Shown here in pieces: positions 13,162 through 26,825 of a DNA stretch of 64,000 bases. Origin of the DNA: Catajapyx aquilonaris (taxonomy: Eukaryota). A model generated the notes under the pieces. That model was given only the letters and a program-made list of their open reading frames with translations. It did no database searches and had not been told where the DNA came from. Numbering within the stretch: position 1 is the stretch's first letter; the number at the start of each line of letters is the position of its first letter. Made by a program: the position numbers and the translations under genes. Location of the stretch: contig KZ538391.1 in assembly GCA_000934665.2 (NCBI GenBank), positions 1 through 64,000 of the forward strand, given 5' to 3'.

Positions 13162-14486
13162 TTATCTCATTTTTTAAAAAATACAATTTCCATTATGGCC
13201 AACTTTTCCCTCTACATTATTTCCAATCTCCCTGGTCATATTTTCCTCTCCCTGGCCTGGGTAAATCCAGCCTGGCTTATATAATCGTAATCAAAGTGTG
13301 AGCCAGAATAAAAGCGAAATCGGGTGGTCGTTGAACCCTAGGGCTGAAGGGGTGGGTGGGATTTTGTACAGGGGGAGTTAAAAGGGGCTTGTTGTGCATA
13401 TCGCGATCGTAACGGGAAGGTGAGGCTCACAAGTGTGAAAAATTATTATGAAAAAAAAAGGCGTCAAAAAATTAAAATCAAGGGGACAAAAAAAATAATT
13501 TTATATTCCTTACACCAGATTTTTTTTAACGAATCATTGTTCACCCTAGCAACCCAACGGAAGTAGCCACATTTCCTATAGTTGAAAGCTCTTTTACTTG
13601 ACAGGTATATTATTGGCTCCCTTGCTTGGTCACGTCACGACAAATCAGCCAATGAGCAATTTTTGAGAGCTACCAGTAAACAATCACTTGACAAACTTCT
13701 CAAGTAAGTAGGCCCTCAACTACGCAAAAATATGCTTACCTATACAGTAAGGATGAGCTTATCATAACTTATTTTTATGTTTGACCAAAAAAAAAAAGGG
13801 TTTTGCCTCTCCTGTAAGTTCAATGAAAGTCGATATTGACCATTTTTACACAAGACTCATTTGCTAAAGTACATAATTATGCAGTACATGCATGTGCATA
13901 ATATGTGGTACTTACCATAATTATCTGCAGTTACCTGCTTATTAGCAGAAGTACTAACAGACCCATTCAAATAAAAATCATTAGTGATTGCATCATGTTC
14001 TGAGAGCGTTTTAAATTCATTAGTAACTGTTAACCAATCAATTTAAATTAATAATCAAAACCCTAATCGGACGTGATAATTACATGAAGGCAATACTTTT
14101 CGTCCCTTGCGAATGGCCCATTTGGAACACAGATCCATTACCCGATAGACAGCGATAGACACTCAATTTCCCTAATCTTATGACATATTCACCCTATGTT
14201 TCCAGGCCTGCAATCAGTGCAATTTGTCCGCACATAGTTGCAATTATTCACGACTTCCTAACAGCATAATGGCAGCTCTGACCTTTCCTCAATAAGTGAT
14301 AGAAAAATTTTTTTAATGGCCGGCGGGAATTTATTTACAACCAAATGAGGAAACGAGGCCTGACTTTCAAATATATGGATCTAGCAATTGATTGCGAGTT
14401 AATTAGCTGCAAGAAGAAAAAGGGAGGTGGGGGCTTACCTGTAACGAGTAATTAGTTAGCACATTTCAAAATTAGTGCTTGACATT

Positions 14487-17050
14487 TTATTTCAAGGTCA
14501 TTCTCTTCTGCTTTAGAAGAGCATTTCGTAGAGCAAGCTGAGGGAGGAAATACGAATTGCGTTAGTCGTACTGCATTTTTGTGAAGTGCGAGTATAATTA
14601 ACCTGATGTACCTGTCTGTCTTGGAATGACCTCTTCTGCTTCTTCCTCGCTTTGTGCTTGATCATCATGAAGTTCTTCGTCTTTTTCTTCTCCTTGTTGC
14701 TCGTGCTGGCAAATGGATTCTGTCGCTTCAGTTGCTTACCAAACTTGTCTCGTCCCTCTTTGCCTCGCTGCAATTAAGCGACCATGTCGAGATAAGTGTT
14801 GAAGATAATAATCAGTGTACAACTATTTTAATAGCACTCACCATTGCCGAAGCCATTCTGGCAGCGAAGTCGTCCTTCCTTCGCTTGTGGACCATCTCGA
14901 TTGCGGACATTGGCACAATATCGCCGCTAAAATCATACAAATGGTATGTAACATTTGAGAGCTTTTGATAAATCCAGCTGTGTACCTGTGAGGTTTGTCT
15001 GTGGTATCGTTGGCCTTCCTCTTCTTCGCACTTCCACGTCTGACCGCTTCTACTTCCTTCTTGGCCTGCTCTGTCTCAATCTTCTTAAAGTCAGCGTCTG
15101 TCAGCAACCTGGTGGAGCTGACCTCCTTTGCTACAACGCTCCTTTCTTCCGCAGTCATCTGCGTCTTTGGTGCACTCTCCTCAGCCTCAGGCTCATCATC
15201 CGAGTGAGACACATCGACCCAACTGCCATCGCTATCTTCTTCATCCGTCTCCCATTCCGATCCTTCCTGCTCATCAGACAAATCCTCCTCTTCGGCTATG
15301 GTCTCAGCCCCTGGGATGTAACTCTTGGCTGTGCTCTCCCCGTACTGCTGCACAGTCCGTTCGGTCCCCGCGATCGTGGGGCGACCACGGTCTCGCTTCC
15401 TCAGCAACTCTGGGTTCGTGACCCTGTACATACGCAACAATGACCTGGCAGCCATCACCACGCTTCGGTCCTTTGACGTCCTGTACTGAACCAAGTCCTG
15501 CAACAAAGCCTCGTCCATCGCCAGGGGGCAGCGGCCGCAGATCTCTCGGATGGTGTTCAGGCCAACGCTCATTACATCGCCCGAGTTGCGCTCTGTAACA
15601 AAGTTGTCGACAATGGCCCGCATCAATGGGTGGATGGACTCGGGTGGGACCAGCTCGTGGGAGGCCTGGGCAGCAAACAGAAGCAGGCGGGTCACCTCTG
15701 AAAAGGTCAGAAGTCGGTAGCAACTCTATTAGCTCTATCTGTAAGTACAACTGAATAACCCATACCTCTCTGATGGGGCTGCATGTATCGCTGTAAGTAC
15801 GGATAAAAGTTCAGGAGGAACAGCTGGTGTATCCCGATCAGCCTGGCTACCACCTCCATTGCAAGCAAGCGGACCTCAAAACGCTCGGTCATTGATTCCA
15901 AACGTCTGAACAGCTTTTCAGCGAAGCCTGCAACAACAGATCCGCAGTGAATGAAACTGAATCAATCGGATACACGAGCCTACCAAACCTTGTGGGTCGT
16001 GAATGAGATAGAGGGCTCCAAAATTAGCGCCGGTTGGCTGTGCCTTCTTGCTCTTCTTTTTCTTCTTCAAATGCTCCTTGATCTTCTCTGCCTGCTTTTT
16101 GCGGCTGCGGCTCTTCTTGTTGACCTTCGTGGACATTGCGACATGTCGGGAGAGGTCATCATCGTCCGAGTCATTCTCGTCCTCGTCCTCCTTCTCCTCG
16201 CTGCTTCCTAAGAAAAAAGTCAGCGCCGACACTGCCAGGCGTGTAACTTTCGACAAGCACGCCATTGAAATAACATTAACGGTCTTGGCATCATTCCAGA
16301 TGTTCTTGTGGTACAGCTCAACCATTATGTGCTGTGATGAAATAAAGAAGCGGTTACTGTAGGCTCAATTGGCGCTTCGCGTAACTTACGAGCGACATCT
16401 TGGCCGCCTTTGTATTGGTGTCCGTTAGCATCCCGTACATGAAGTTCTGCAGGCTCTGAAAAGTGCATGCTAATTAGTACATGGCAATATGGCTTGATGA
16501 CACGCACTCACGGTGTTGAGCCTGAGATTCTTCTGCTTCGCATTAGTGTTCTTAACATCGGTGACAATGTGCGTCTGCAGGAACTTGCGCAAACCCTTAT
16601 CCTGGCACCGCAGCAGATGGAAGAAGGCCGGCAGCGTCTCTAACGGCGACACCAGACCTTTGTTCCGCAACAGCACAAGTGAGCGCACCAGGCCTAGTCT
16701 AGTCTCAGGGTTTAACGTGGGACCATGCCTGGTTAGAAGCTCCAGAAGAGTTGGGCCCAAGTCGGACAGCTCCTGCAATAAGCGATTAACATTAAGTCGG
16801 TCATACCCAGCCCGTGGTGATGGGGCCGACCCACCTCAGGGTAGCAGTGGGCCACCTGGGCCAGGAAAGTGGTCAGTTGCTGCAGCTGCAGGCAAGGCTC
16901 GTGAGGCCTCAGCTTGAAAAGGTCTAGTGTGGACTGGAACCTTCGCTTCTGAAGCATGAACTCCTCCCTGTAGCTCTCAGGGTCGCGCTTCAGCTGGTTC
17001 TGAAGCTGCGGGAGGTTGTCCGGAAGCTGGTTGTTGCGACGACCCGACAT
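14487..17050 (-). CDS. SDAD1: Protein SDA1 homolog (60S ribosome biogenesis/export), 9 exons, 683 aa
   Basis: N-terminus [31 protein letters not shown]. Further motifs [41 protein letters not shown] and [12 protein letters not shown]. Exons 16835-17050, 16512-16772, 16390-16455, 15989-16331, 15766-15927, 14986-15697, 14842-14926, 14612-14767, 14487-14537. All introns GT-AG; 2052 nt in frame. Confidence 0.96.
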
Positions 17051-17100
17051 TCCGATCCAATTAACAGCCCACTTATTAATTAACTTAATTAATTAACGAC

Positions 17101-17145
17101 GACACGTGGCTTGCACAAGTCAATCGGCGGCCATCTTGAAAATTT
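17101..17145 (-). promoter_or_regulatory. Proximal promoter/5'UTR motifs of SDAD1: CACGTG E-box and YY1/Pho-like CAAGATGGCCG
   Basis: GACACGTGGC at 17101-17110 and CGGCCATCTTG at 17128-17138, 50-90 nt upstream of the ATG. Confidence 0.4.
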
Positions 17146-18730
17146 CCGGGGCGCGTTCGTATCGCCACTACTCAACCTGTTCCAAATCGTCATTTTTAAT
17201 AATTAGTAAGCAATTTACGTAATTAAACTCGATAAAACTACTATTATACTTTATAACTAGATTATGTAAGTAATAATTACTTAATTAAGAGTTTTTAAGT
17301 TCAGGTTAAGTGTGGGGGCGTTCGGATTGTTGATGTTAACGCGGGTGTTTCGAAACACTGGTTAGAAACATTAAATTCAGTGTTTTAATGATAAATTTTG
17401 CTTTTGAACTTTTTGCTAGAGAGTAACAGTATTAAAAAACTACATGTTGCCAAATTTTATTCATAGTGTACTTTATATTTCGCAACAAAGTGAGCGGTAT
17501 TGCCATTATGTTTAATTCTTAAAAACTGCAACTGATCCAGCTGTCGAATAGTATGATTTCACCAAATTAACTAGAGTACAATTAATTGGCTAAAATGAGA
17601 TTGAAGACACATATTTTGATTAAAAAATATTTTAATCACATACATTCATCTCATAAAAGGTACAGGCCGCAATGGTAAAAACACACAGAAAAAAAAAAAC
17701 AATCATCACGCATACTCAACATGTATACAGCCTTCGTTGGCAATTAAATGTTCTGTTTTTTTGGCATTTTAAGACACGATGCAAACCTCATTAATCAGGT
17801 TCTGCCATTATTTTAGTACATGAGTGCAGAAAAAAAAATGCAATAGGCCACACGTATATCACAACTTTGCTTATATAATCGAGTGTATATGTACACTCCT
17901 GTACTTGCCGCAGTGTGTGTATGTATTATTAGCTCTACACTTAGGTGTACTTTGATTTCAGGTCCACACTGACAGTTAGCTGTGCAAGTTAGATGCAATT
18001 CATAAAAAAATTAATAAGTGCACCCACAATGCATAGTACAGTACATCGCTAAACTCAATAATTACACGGGCATGCGATCGACATTATTTGTTTCTTCATT
18101 CACGGCAACCCACATTGGTATTGAACATAAAAATAATGCTTAATACTTTCAAAGTGTAAAAACCCTGTTAATATATTTTTTTGCAATTTCCAAAAGTTTT
18201 AACATTTGTACAAATGCATTTTTAATGTGATGAAATGAGTAGTGATTCATCCTAATTGTTGCAAAAGTTACAGTGATATGCTTCTGATTTGTTCAAAAAT
18301 CATTGGCTCATGAGTCATCAACTGTCTGTATATTATTCACTTACTATATTTTTTATATTTTCTAGTACAGGGTGACTCTAAAATCAGGACACCAACAATA
18401 GAATCCAATTACCAATGTATCCAGACTTTAGGTAGTCGCCTTGGGTGGAATTTTCATCCCACTGACAGCTACTGCTAACTTATCAGTACCAGTGTTGGCC
18501 ATGGCACTGATAAATAGCAGTATAAAAAAAAGTATGTCATAATAAATTGTCAAGAGATTCTGCCTCTTTTTTTGCAATAATTTATCGCAACATACACAAT
18601 ACTGTACGTGACAAGTACTGAAGTAACTGTATCCCCTACGTAAGTAACACTTGAAAACCATCACAAAATGTAGTGTGCTGCAAAATCGTTGGAAAAATTC
18701 GTTTTTTTAGTGTTGTGCATATAAATTATA

Positions 18731-20898
18731 TTATCGTTGCAGTCCCCATCCGGACTTGCACGTTCCTGGACTGTCCCACCAGTACTTAGGGTCAGGGTAC
18801 CAGGTGTGGGGTACGTCCGAGGCCCTCGGGTCCTGCAGATGCAGCATCCGGCACATCTTGCAAAATCCCTGTCCCTGCAGCTTGTCCCCGCTCAGTCCAA
18901 CCACCCTGTAGTGCTGCTTCCACCAGAAGTGCTGGTTGTACAGGGTGTTGTTCCTGTCCAGCCTCAACAAGTGCTGGGCCAGGGCGTCGACAGACGGGAA
19001 AAGGTTGGCGTCCACGTAGGAACCAGGAGGAGCCAGCAAGGAATAATCGGCGCCACCAAACACCACAGGCACCAACTGGAGCATGGGAAAAAAAAATATA
19101 GAATTGGCTCGGGTCTGTGACTCTGTCTGTCCGCGGTGTGCGCAATATATGTGAGATACTTGGTACGACGTTTGGCGGGTCTTTCTCCTAAAAGGCTGAT
19201 GTTTGTCCTCCCTGATAGTACCGCTATCTCTCGCACTACCTGAGGATGGCAGTGTGCAGAGGGAGGGTGCGCCATCTGTGCGTGAAGTTTAGTACTATAT
19301 GTGATAAACACGGGCGGGCCTTCTCATTACAGTCGTTTTTGATTGTCACTGTCAGGTCGTGCCAGAGATAGTGTACTATCGGGTCAGACGGATCAGACGA
19401 AGAGAATAAGTCTAGTAGGGGAAATAGGAGATGTAACTTTGCAATGATTATTGTACGGACAGTCCAAGAAGAGAAATATATCATATCATTACTCTCTGTA
19501 CTGTACAGTACGCCTATGAAGGGGGCGGTAACGTTTGATACTCCCATAGACGCCCCCCAGCTCATGTGTCATGGGTCATCGACTGACCACATCAATGGCC
19601 ATACTCACGTCAAAGTGTAAGGCGTTGAATAACTTTTCTGTTGCATAGTCCCGACACACGGAGTTCTCGAAGGACAGGTAGAACTTGTATGTCCTGTTGA
19701 CCATCCCCATGCAGCTCCAGTAGCTCGAGGATGGACACGTGAGGTTCCCGCACCCCCCGTACACGTCCAGCTGCACGTGTTTGGCCAGCTCCTTGGCCAG
19801 GTCCTCCCTCAGGCTCTGTGTCTTGCACTTTGACACGAACCAGGCGGCCATCCTGGTCTTCCCGGCGGCCACGTCCGGACCGCGGTACGTGTCCCGGTCA
19901 GGCGACCATCCGGACACGTGCAGGACCACCCCGTCCTTCGGAGGCACGGCACCAACGGGCTTCTTGACCACCCAACCGTACGGCCTGGTGATGTCCGAGT
20001 CGTACCGGTACGTCATGGTCCAGTTGAAGAAGTCTCGAAAAGGTCCCAGGGTGTCTGGCATCACCGGAGGGGCTTCCATCGTGTACAGGACGTACCGCTG
20101 GTGGGGTGACCGACGCCATGGGACTGACCCCGGGTCAAGGTCCCATGTATGAAACACTATGGCGTCCCACTCCTCGATCGGAAGCAGGTACCTGCATAGT
20201 CGGACAATAACAATTAGCATGAAAGTATCTGCGATGAGTCATCTGTTTGTCTCCAAAAGGGATGCGCCATCTATGTGAGACATATGCTACTACGTCCAGT
20301 GTTATCATGTTTTAGACATTTTCTCTTCGGAAAAAAAACCTGGCTCTGTCGGTCCGTCTGTGGACAGGTATCAGGGCCAAAACCGCAAGAGATAGAGACA
20401 AACGGTTTTCGGATTCGGATTCAGTGGCCAACTTCCGGTTTTCCGGGTTCACTCTATCCGCCATAACTGTGGGAAATGAGACTGGCAACAGTCATTGTTG
20501 TCCAATTAGTATCGTATATCGTATTCAACGAAGTTGTCAGCTCTTCATTTCCCGCTGCCCGATGAGAAAAAGTCTACTCGAATCACGTGTTGTTGTTACC
20601 TGTCGTTTGAGACGAAGCATCGGCTCTCCGGACACTTGTGTGTGAGGAAAGGCTCGTGTCCGAATCCGAATGCGTAGTCCGGCCATTCGAAAAAGGAGTT
20701 CCAGAAGAGTATGGTCTTGTATCCTGGAAGAGGCAGAGGTACCCCTAGCCACCGGTACAGCTGGCCTCTGAGTACCCTCGGGTAGTGCAGGACCGTGTCG
20801 AGCGGACCCATGTGACAGGAGGACCACACCAGGACCAGGAAGACCGAGGTGACCACAGCCAAACAGGTCTTCCAGTACCTCCAGCCGCGACGAGTCAT
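18731..20898 (-). CDS. Alpha-(1,3)-fucosyltransferase, glycosyltransferase family 10 (FucTC-like), 3 coding exons, 408 aa
   Basis: Type II signal anchor (CLAVVTSVFLVLVWSS), ILFWN, FNWTMTYRYDSD, AAWFVSKC, the GT10 motif YKFYLSFENSVCRDYATEKLFNAL, and LVPVVFGGADY. Exons 20600-20898, 19609-20191, 18731-19075; 1227 nt in frame. Confidence 0.93.
19098..19350 (+). mobile_element. Dispersed non-autonomous DNA element family A (representative copy, FucT intron 2)
   Basis: Shared blocks ATGTTTGTCCGACCTGATAGTACCGCTATCTCTCG..GGCAGGAGTGTGCA..TGCGCCATCTATG..TAGTACTA recur at ~20230-20310, 28605-28960 (two pieces), 31850-32160, 46135-46350 (-), 49060-49170 and 53425-53560 (-). Confidence 0.75.
20315..20590 (+). 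mobile_element. DINE-1/HINE-like (Helentron-associated) non-autonomous element, copy 1
   Basis: Subterminal inverted repeat TTTTCTC(A/T)TCGG / CCGATGAGAAAAAG, GTCY-like GTCCGTCTGT tract, core AAACGGTTTTCGGATTCGGATTCAG and a 3' stem-loop remnant. Homologous to 33046-33365 and 56836-57056. Confidence 0.7.
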
Positions 20899-23800
20899 GC
20901 TGCACACAGCTGTACAATTAAATTTAAAAAAATGTGACACCTCGTCTCAGAGATAATAAAAAAAAAGGACATGGTCTTACCGCAAGTCCCGAGGAATCGG
21001 ATGTGGCAGTAACGATACCATATCATGACCCTTTTGGAGCGAAGCTGCGTCCTGTCAACGAAGAAACAAAAGCAACAGGTTCGTGAACAGGTTGGTATAT
21101 ATAAACACATCGGACGTTGGGCGTTTCTGACCACTTCCGCTCTACACATACACTTCCTGCTGTCTACTGTAGTATTTCCCAGTAAACGATGGATTTACAA
21201 TGCGACAGCCCATGCCGATTCCTGTACTTACAGGTGGTTGCATTGTTGGACAAATATGTTAAGATTTGTATATGAAAGGATCAGCAGAAACATGCGTCCG
21301 CAACATGCAAAAATTCAAGGCCGCCTTCCGATTGGTTCAGATTTTGGGTTAAAAAGTCGTAAAAAAGTGTCGGACCCTCTCGAAAAAAAAAGAGTGACAT
21401 TAATTGATGGAAACCATTAAGAAGGAAATGGGCTGCGAATAAATTAGCGAGAAGCCCCCCCGGCGTCTTAAAACTACTGTTAGGCTAATCTTAGCCGCAG
21501 GATAAAGCAAACGAACCTGATCCCAACTCCTAATGGATTTGCACGTTCAGAACAGTCTTGGCCAATCAAACAGACACACTCGAGCAAACAACACGTCACA
21601 TTATTGTACAGACGACAAGAAAAATGAATCGTCGTCGTCGTCCCCAAATGAGCTGTGGAATCTTCATAATCCGATATGCGCAGCAGGTGGTGGCAACTGA
21701 CTTTTGGTTTCTGTATATAGGTTGAACGATCAAGACGTTGCTTTACAAAGTGTGAAGGTGACTTACCGGTGCGGTGGTAAAAATTAAGGCAAAGTGGCAA
21801 AGAGATGATGAGCGTGTTTGGAGTGGACATTGACTGCTACTGGCCGAGTGAAAAAAAAGGACAATGTACGTGTAATGTTCCACGCCATATGTATAATTAA
21901 TCAATGATCGCCATGGAGAAATGTCATGGCGACGTCCGAAATGGACCCACAGAAAATGAACCAAATGTCCTGGCACGCACATTTTTTTGGGGGGGCCATA
22001 TGGCTCCTCCTTTTGTTTGTTGTCTTTTTGTCTAAAATAAAACCCACGGCAAAGGGCTTTTTCCATGCAGCTGGGGAGTAAACAATTTGTGTCTTGCAAG
22101 AGCGTAAATTTGTCTCGGATGACCTTCTAAAAGGGGCTAACTAATTCCCTGATCAGTGATGGATGATGTCTGGTGCACGCAAGGATTAAGTTTAATTGGT
22201 TTCGTGCATATGTCGTCTGTGCGACCTGTCGATTTTTCTGTCCTTTAGACGAATAACACTGACCTTCCTTCAGATGAACTCATTGCACTTTATCTAATTT
22301 TAACACGACCAGAAAGCAATCAGCAATTATGCCATTCTTCATGGGAATTTTCGTCCCACTGATTATTACTGCTAACTGGCTAACTCTTTACCATTTAAGA
22401 AAGCGGGAGGGGGAAAAAATTATTGAAATGCGAGAAAATCACTGGCCAAAGTGACCAGCATTGCTTTTTTTTTCAAGTGTTATAGATGAGGATGAGGCCA
22501 ACTTTTTTTGTGGCGTGGATTTGGCTCCAAGTTTTGGGGGGGGATTAGGACTATAATATAATGAAAACCGGGCACGCGACACCCTGACGACTAGATTGTT
22601 TTCCTAGAAACCGACCATTGTTTGTACACACACAGAAGTGGCCTCATTAGCATGTGTTCGTGATCGTGCATGCCACAACCGGACAATAATTATCACCTGG
22701 CCGCATGTGGGTACTGTACGTGACATCAGGTACGTATGAGACTCACACTGATGATTATTACCATTGTCCCGAAACTTTTTCTCGACAAAATATTGAGTCA
22801 ATTAAGCCCAGTGTTTGGCCTGAGTTGGAAGCCGTGTGCAAACCGCCGTGTGTTCTCTTTAAATATGCAAACACCTCAAGCAGGACAGTGGTAATCGATG
22901 GGATGACATCTCCTCCAAAGCTGCGGCTTCATCAATATCGACCGCTTCTTTAGCCATTCTACCGATCTATTCGGAAAAGAATAGACCATGACACTCGATT
23001 TTCCGCGCACTTAGAAGCTACCGATTGCGAGAGTGTCGGAGTTTTAATTACAGGTATGTGTATAGTTCTAAGAAACACAGTGCAAATGGTGTGAGAAGAA
23101 GGGTGAAGGGGGGCCTTCGAATAAATTCGCAGGTGATGGATGGTGTGTGGTCATGCAACATGGCACTTACTGTATGTGAATATGCAGAACGATTCGCGTT
23201 ACAATTAGGTCGCAATTTCTTTTTAAAAGCGTAATTTTCGATGGTCGTGTCACATTTCTGTTAGTGTAATACACGCTCCTAGAAAAATGCACGCAATTTG
23301 CGAATTTAAAATGTTGCCAAATAATTTTTCCGCATGTACAGCCTGATTGCACGAAGGAAAATCTTCCGTTACACGACAACCACTAAGCAGCACAAGTTTG
23401 GACACCCAAAAAATGCGTAAGATCAGTTGTTACCTGAATGTAATTGCACCACACATGACGAGCACTTGGCGGACACTACAATTGGGGCCTACGTGGATAT
23501 GAACTAAAGACGAGCTCATCGAATAAAGTGATGGGGGGCTTTGATGGGTCCCTCCCCCCTGCACGTTTGGTAGATTCATTTCTGCCAATTAAGCTTTGTT
23601 GACACGACCATCTTTTATGTCAGGAGGGGGTCTTGGACACAACGGTTCTTTGGGAGGGCTGCCCTGAATAGTCGCTCATATGCCACGAGTTGTGGCGACA
23701 CCACACAATAGAACCATCATTTTGTATACATAATACAAAAGGGCAATAAATGAGGCGAAAATAGTCCGCTATTGTGACTCGTACGCAGCAAAAATTCAGG

Positions 23801-26800
23801 CACTAAACACGCGTAAGTGCGACAGGAATTTTTGTTTGAAGCCAATTCGGGATGACAACAAGCATCGTACATTTTCTTTCCCTGCACGTCATTGAGAGTC
23901 TGACACGCCCTGAGTACACACTGAGTTATGAAACCAATAGTTGCCAGGAGATTCGTATTATTAGCTTCCACTTTTTTCCCCATATCTCAAGGGGGTCAAC
24001 TGTCCTAAAAATAAACCCGCGCACTTACTGCCAAAATGTTGACAACGTAACGTACAAACCAGCAACTTTGTATAGAAGGAAAGTGGTTTGAGCGACATGT
24101 ACTGCCACGTACATCCGGTTGCAATTAATTAATAATTATACCTGTACATTCGCTGGAGGTTGGACGCGTGGTCTGCATGGCGTGGACTCTTGAACAACTG
24201 AGCCGAGTCCGTCGTTTCTCTCTCTTGAGACGCGGTTCACGTGACTCGCCAGCCAGCCATTGGTCCACCAGCAATGTGGTTTTTCCCTCGTTCAGGAGTC
24301 GTGCCCTCCCCAACATCTGATTTCAAGGTGAACCTCCATCAGACTCAACATGGAAAAAGAATACAACCCAAGGGCACAATCCAATTTGGCAACGCAGCCT
24401 TCCACCTGTCCCCCTAGTTGCATTATTGTCATTCCTTGTACCGTAACAGGTTGCCGCACCTGTTGCTTTGCTATGGGTCAACAATTAGGGCGTTGCTGCC
24501 AGTTTGGAAATACACATAACGGGTACAGGGTGAGCCACATTGACAGTACAGTATAATATCACTTATTTCTTGTAAGCTCATATGGCGCAGTGAACCTGCA
24601 ACGATTTATTATTTCAATTTCAAAGACAATGTAGGACAGTCAGCTACAACTGAATAGTTGTTAGGCCCCCCTCGAGCTGTGACTAATAACGGCGTAAACC
24701 TGCTTTTATTGCGTTGCGTGTCAAAGTGCAAGTGCCTCGTTGCACAGGAATGTGACGGGTCATGAACCAACTCATTAGATTCTTCTTGTGAAATACTATG
24801 GCGCGTCGTACACTGTGTACACTGAAGAAGCCTGGGAGTCACATATATTTTGGTCGAAATTTCGCTTTAAGACGTGCGTAATGTACTTTCTGAAGGTCAA
24901 TGCTGGAGCACACAGTTTCCTGTATGATCTCATCATGCAAAGCCTTCATATATCTAGGCAATAATGATAATAGCAATTTTGCATCACAACTTCTGTTTAA
25001 AACAAGCAGCACTTCCAGTCTTCCACTTGATCTGCAGGCCAGTAATAATATTATTCGAGATTCTATAATTACAGCGTGTCTAGTCCCGGGGCAAACGGAA
25101 GTGACCTGTCACTTTTTAACCCCCCCCCCCCTCCCCCGCGCAAAAAATATTTTACTGGTAATGCATTGCCCTTCGGTGCAATGCTTGGATCTGGTTCAAC
25201 TTTGATCCTCTATTATTAGACACCCTGCACCTTTGCCTATACATGGCGACTCGTATAATATTTTTCATATATAAATTACCGTATATAATCTTTCAAAATT
25301 CTTCCCAAATGGAGAAAGGCTCCCAAGAAACAAGGAATCCAAGAAAATGTAACGTGGCATGTGTTATGCCATATGTAATATTCAAGGCACAATGTCTCAA
25401 GTGCGTGTGGAAGAACCTCTCTCTTTTTTGTACAGTTTTGCACGCATGGGAAGAGCTTCCATGTACAGCCCTGTCCAAAAGTTAAAGACGCCTTTAGAGG
25501 GCTTGACTTCCATATTGACCCAGACTCATGGGAGCCTCTCTAGATCCCTCCCTTGAAACGGCATAAAAAACACACACACAAGATGCCGACACTTCATCTC
25601 TCTCTCTGGATCTCTGGTCACGTTGCGTCACTCGGTCCCCTCCCTCCTAGTTTCCTTAAAGTCAACAGCATCCGATTATTTTTAAAGGGGGAAAGGATCT
25701 GCACAACAATATATATACAACATAAAGTATATATACAGACGATGCCGGCCCATTTCAGTTTTGAAAATAACCTGTCCCTGGCTGAATGAGTAGCACCAGA
25801 CGGCGGCAATGTAATGCATCTGTTGATAAACATGTAGATTTATGAAAGTAGCGTACATTTGCATGTTGGCACAGCGCAAAACAGGAGCTGATTTTGGATG
25901 TACGATGTATTTTTATTGCATCGAATCAGTTTGACCTATGTGCATCATTACATTGCATCTTGTTTTTCATTGAGTAATAACCTCTAAAATATATATCGAT
26001 GACACGTTTGATATATCTAAATATTTGCACAGCCTTGCACCATCCACCTGTGGAATGATTGAGAAAAATATTCGGACTACACTTTAAGGCAACTTTAAAA
26101 TTCACTATAGTGATGTGTACAGTACATACTCGTTTGTTTCATGTGCGATCAATTTGTACTGCTGTTTTCCATACCAAAATAATCTGAAAATAATGCGCTT
26201 TGTATTCGTTGAGGAAAATATATAACGACCTGTAATAACGCCTTGACTGGAGGACAATCACAAAGGCAGGGCGTGTATCATATAGTGAACAAAAGGTGAG
26301 TGCATAGTACCCAAGTAACAATAGAGAGCGGCACCACCCACCCGCCAACTCGATGCCATTTTTAGGAAAATTTATTAGACAACTAATTAATCGGTGGTGT
26401 GTCGCTCATCACAAAATGTTAACTCTCAATTGGATGGCATTATGCAATATTGTGTCAACCCACAAAAAAGGTCAAAACTGGAGTTAATCCCAGGAACATA
26501 TACCCAAAGGATCGTACTTAATTCAGTTAAAATCAATCTGGCCGAAATCTGCATACTTCTGCCATAAATGACCGAAAAGGACACTGAATATTATCTAATA
26601 TTCAAATCCCCCTTTTCTGAAAACTGGTCTGATGTGGGTTGACTCATTATTGCATAACACTTTACAATTGGGGGAGAAAAATTGGTACAAAATATTTTTC
26701 GCTCCCTTACATATTACCCTGATTGGACCTTCATGTTAACTTTCATAACAATGTCTTGGAGGTAACTAATCCTGCTCCTGTAACATACCCTGATTGTTTC

Positions 26801-26825
26801 ATTATTAAAAATGTTCACAGCCTTT

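Noticed and set aside
14955..16917. Antisense ORFs over SDAD1 (and similarly over FucT, ACSS3 and C2CD5)
   Set aside because: Shadow ORFs of genuine coding exons on the opposite strand, with no independent evidence.
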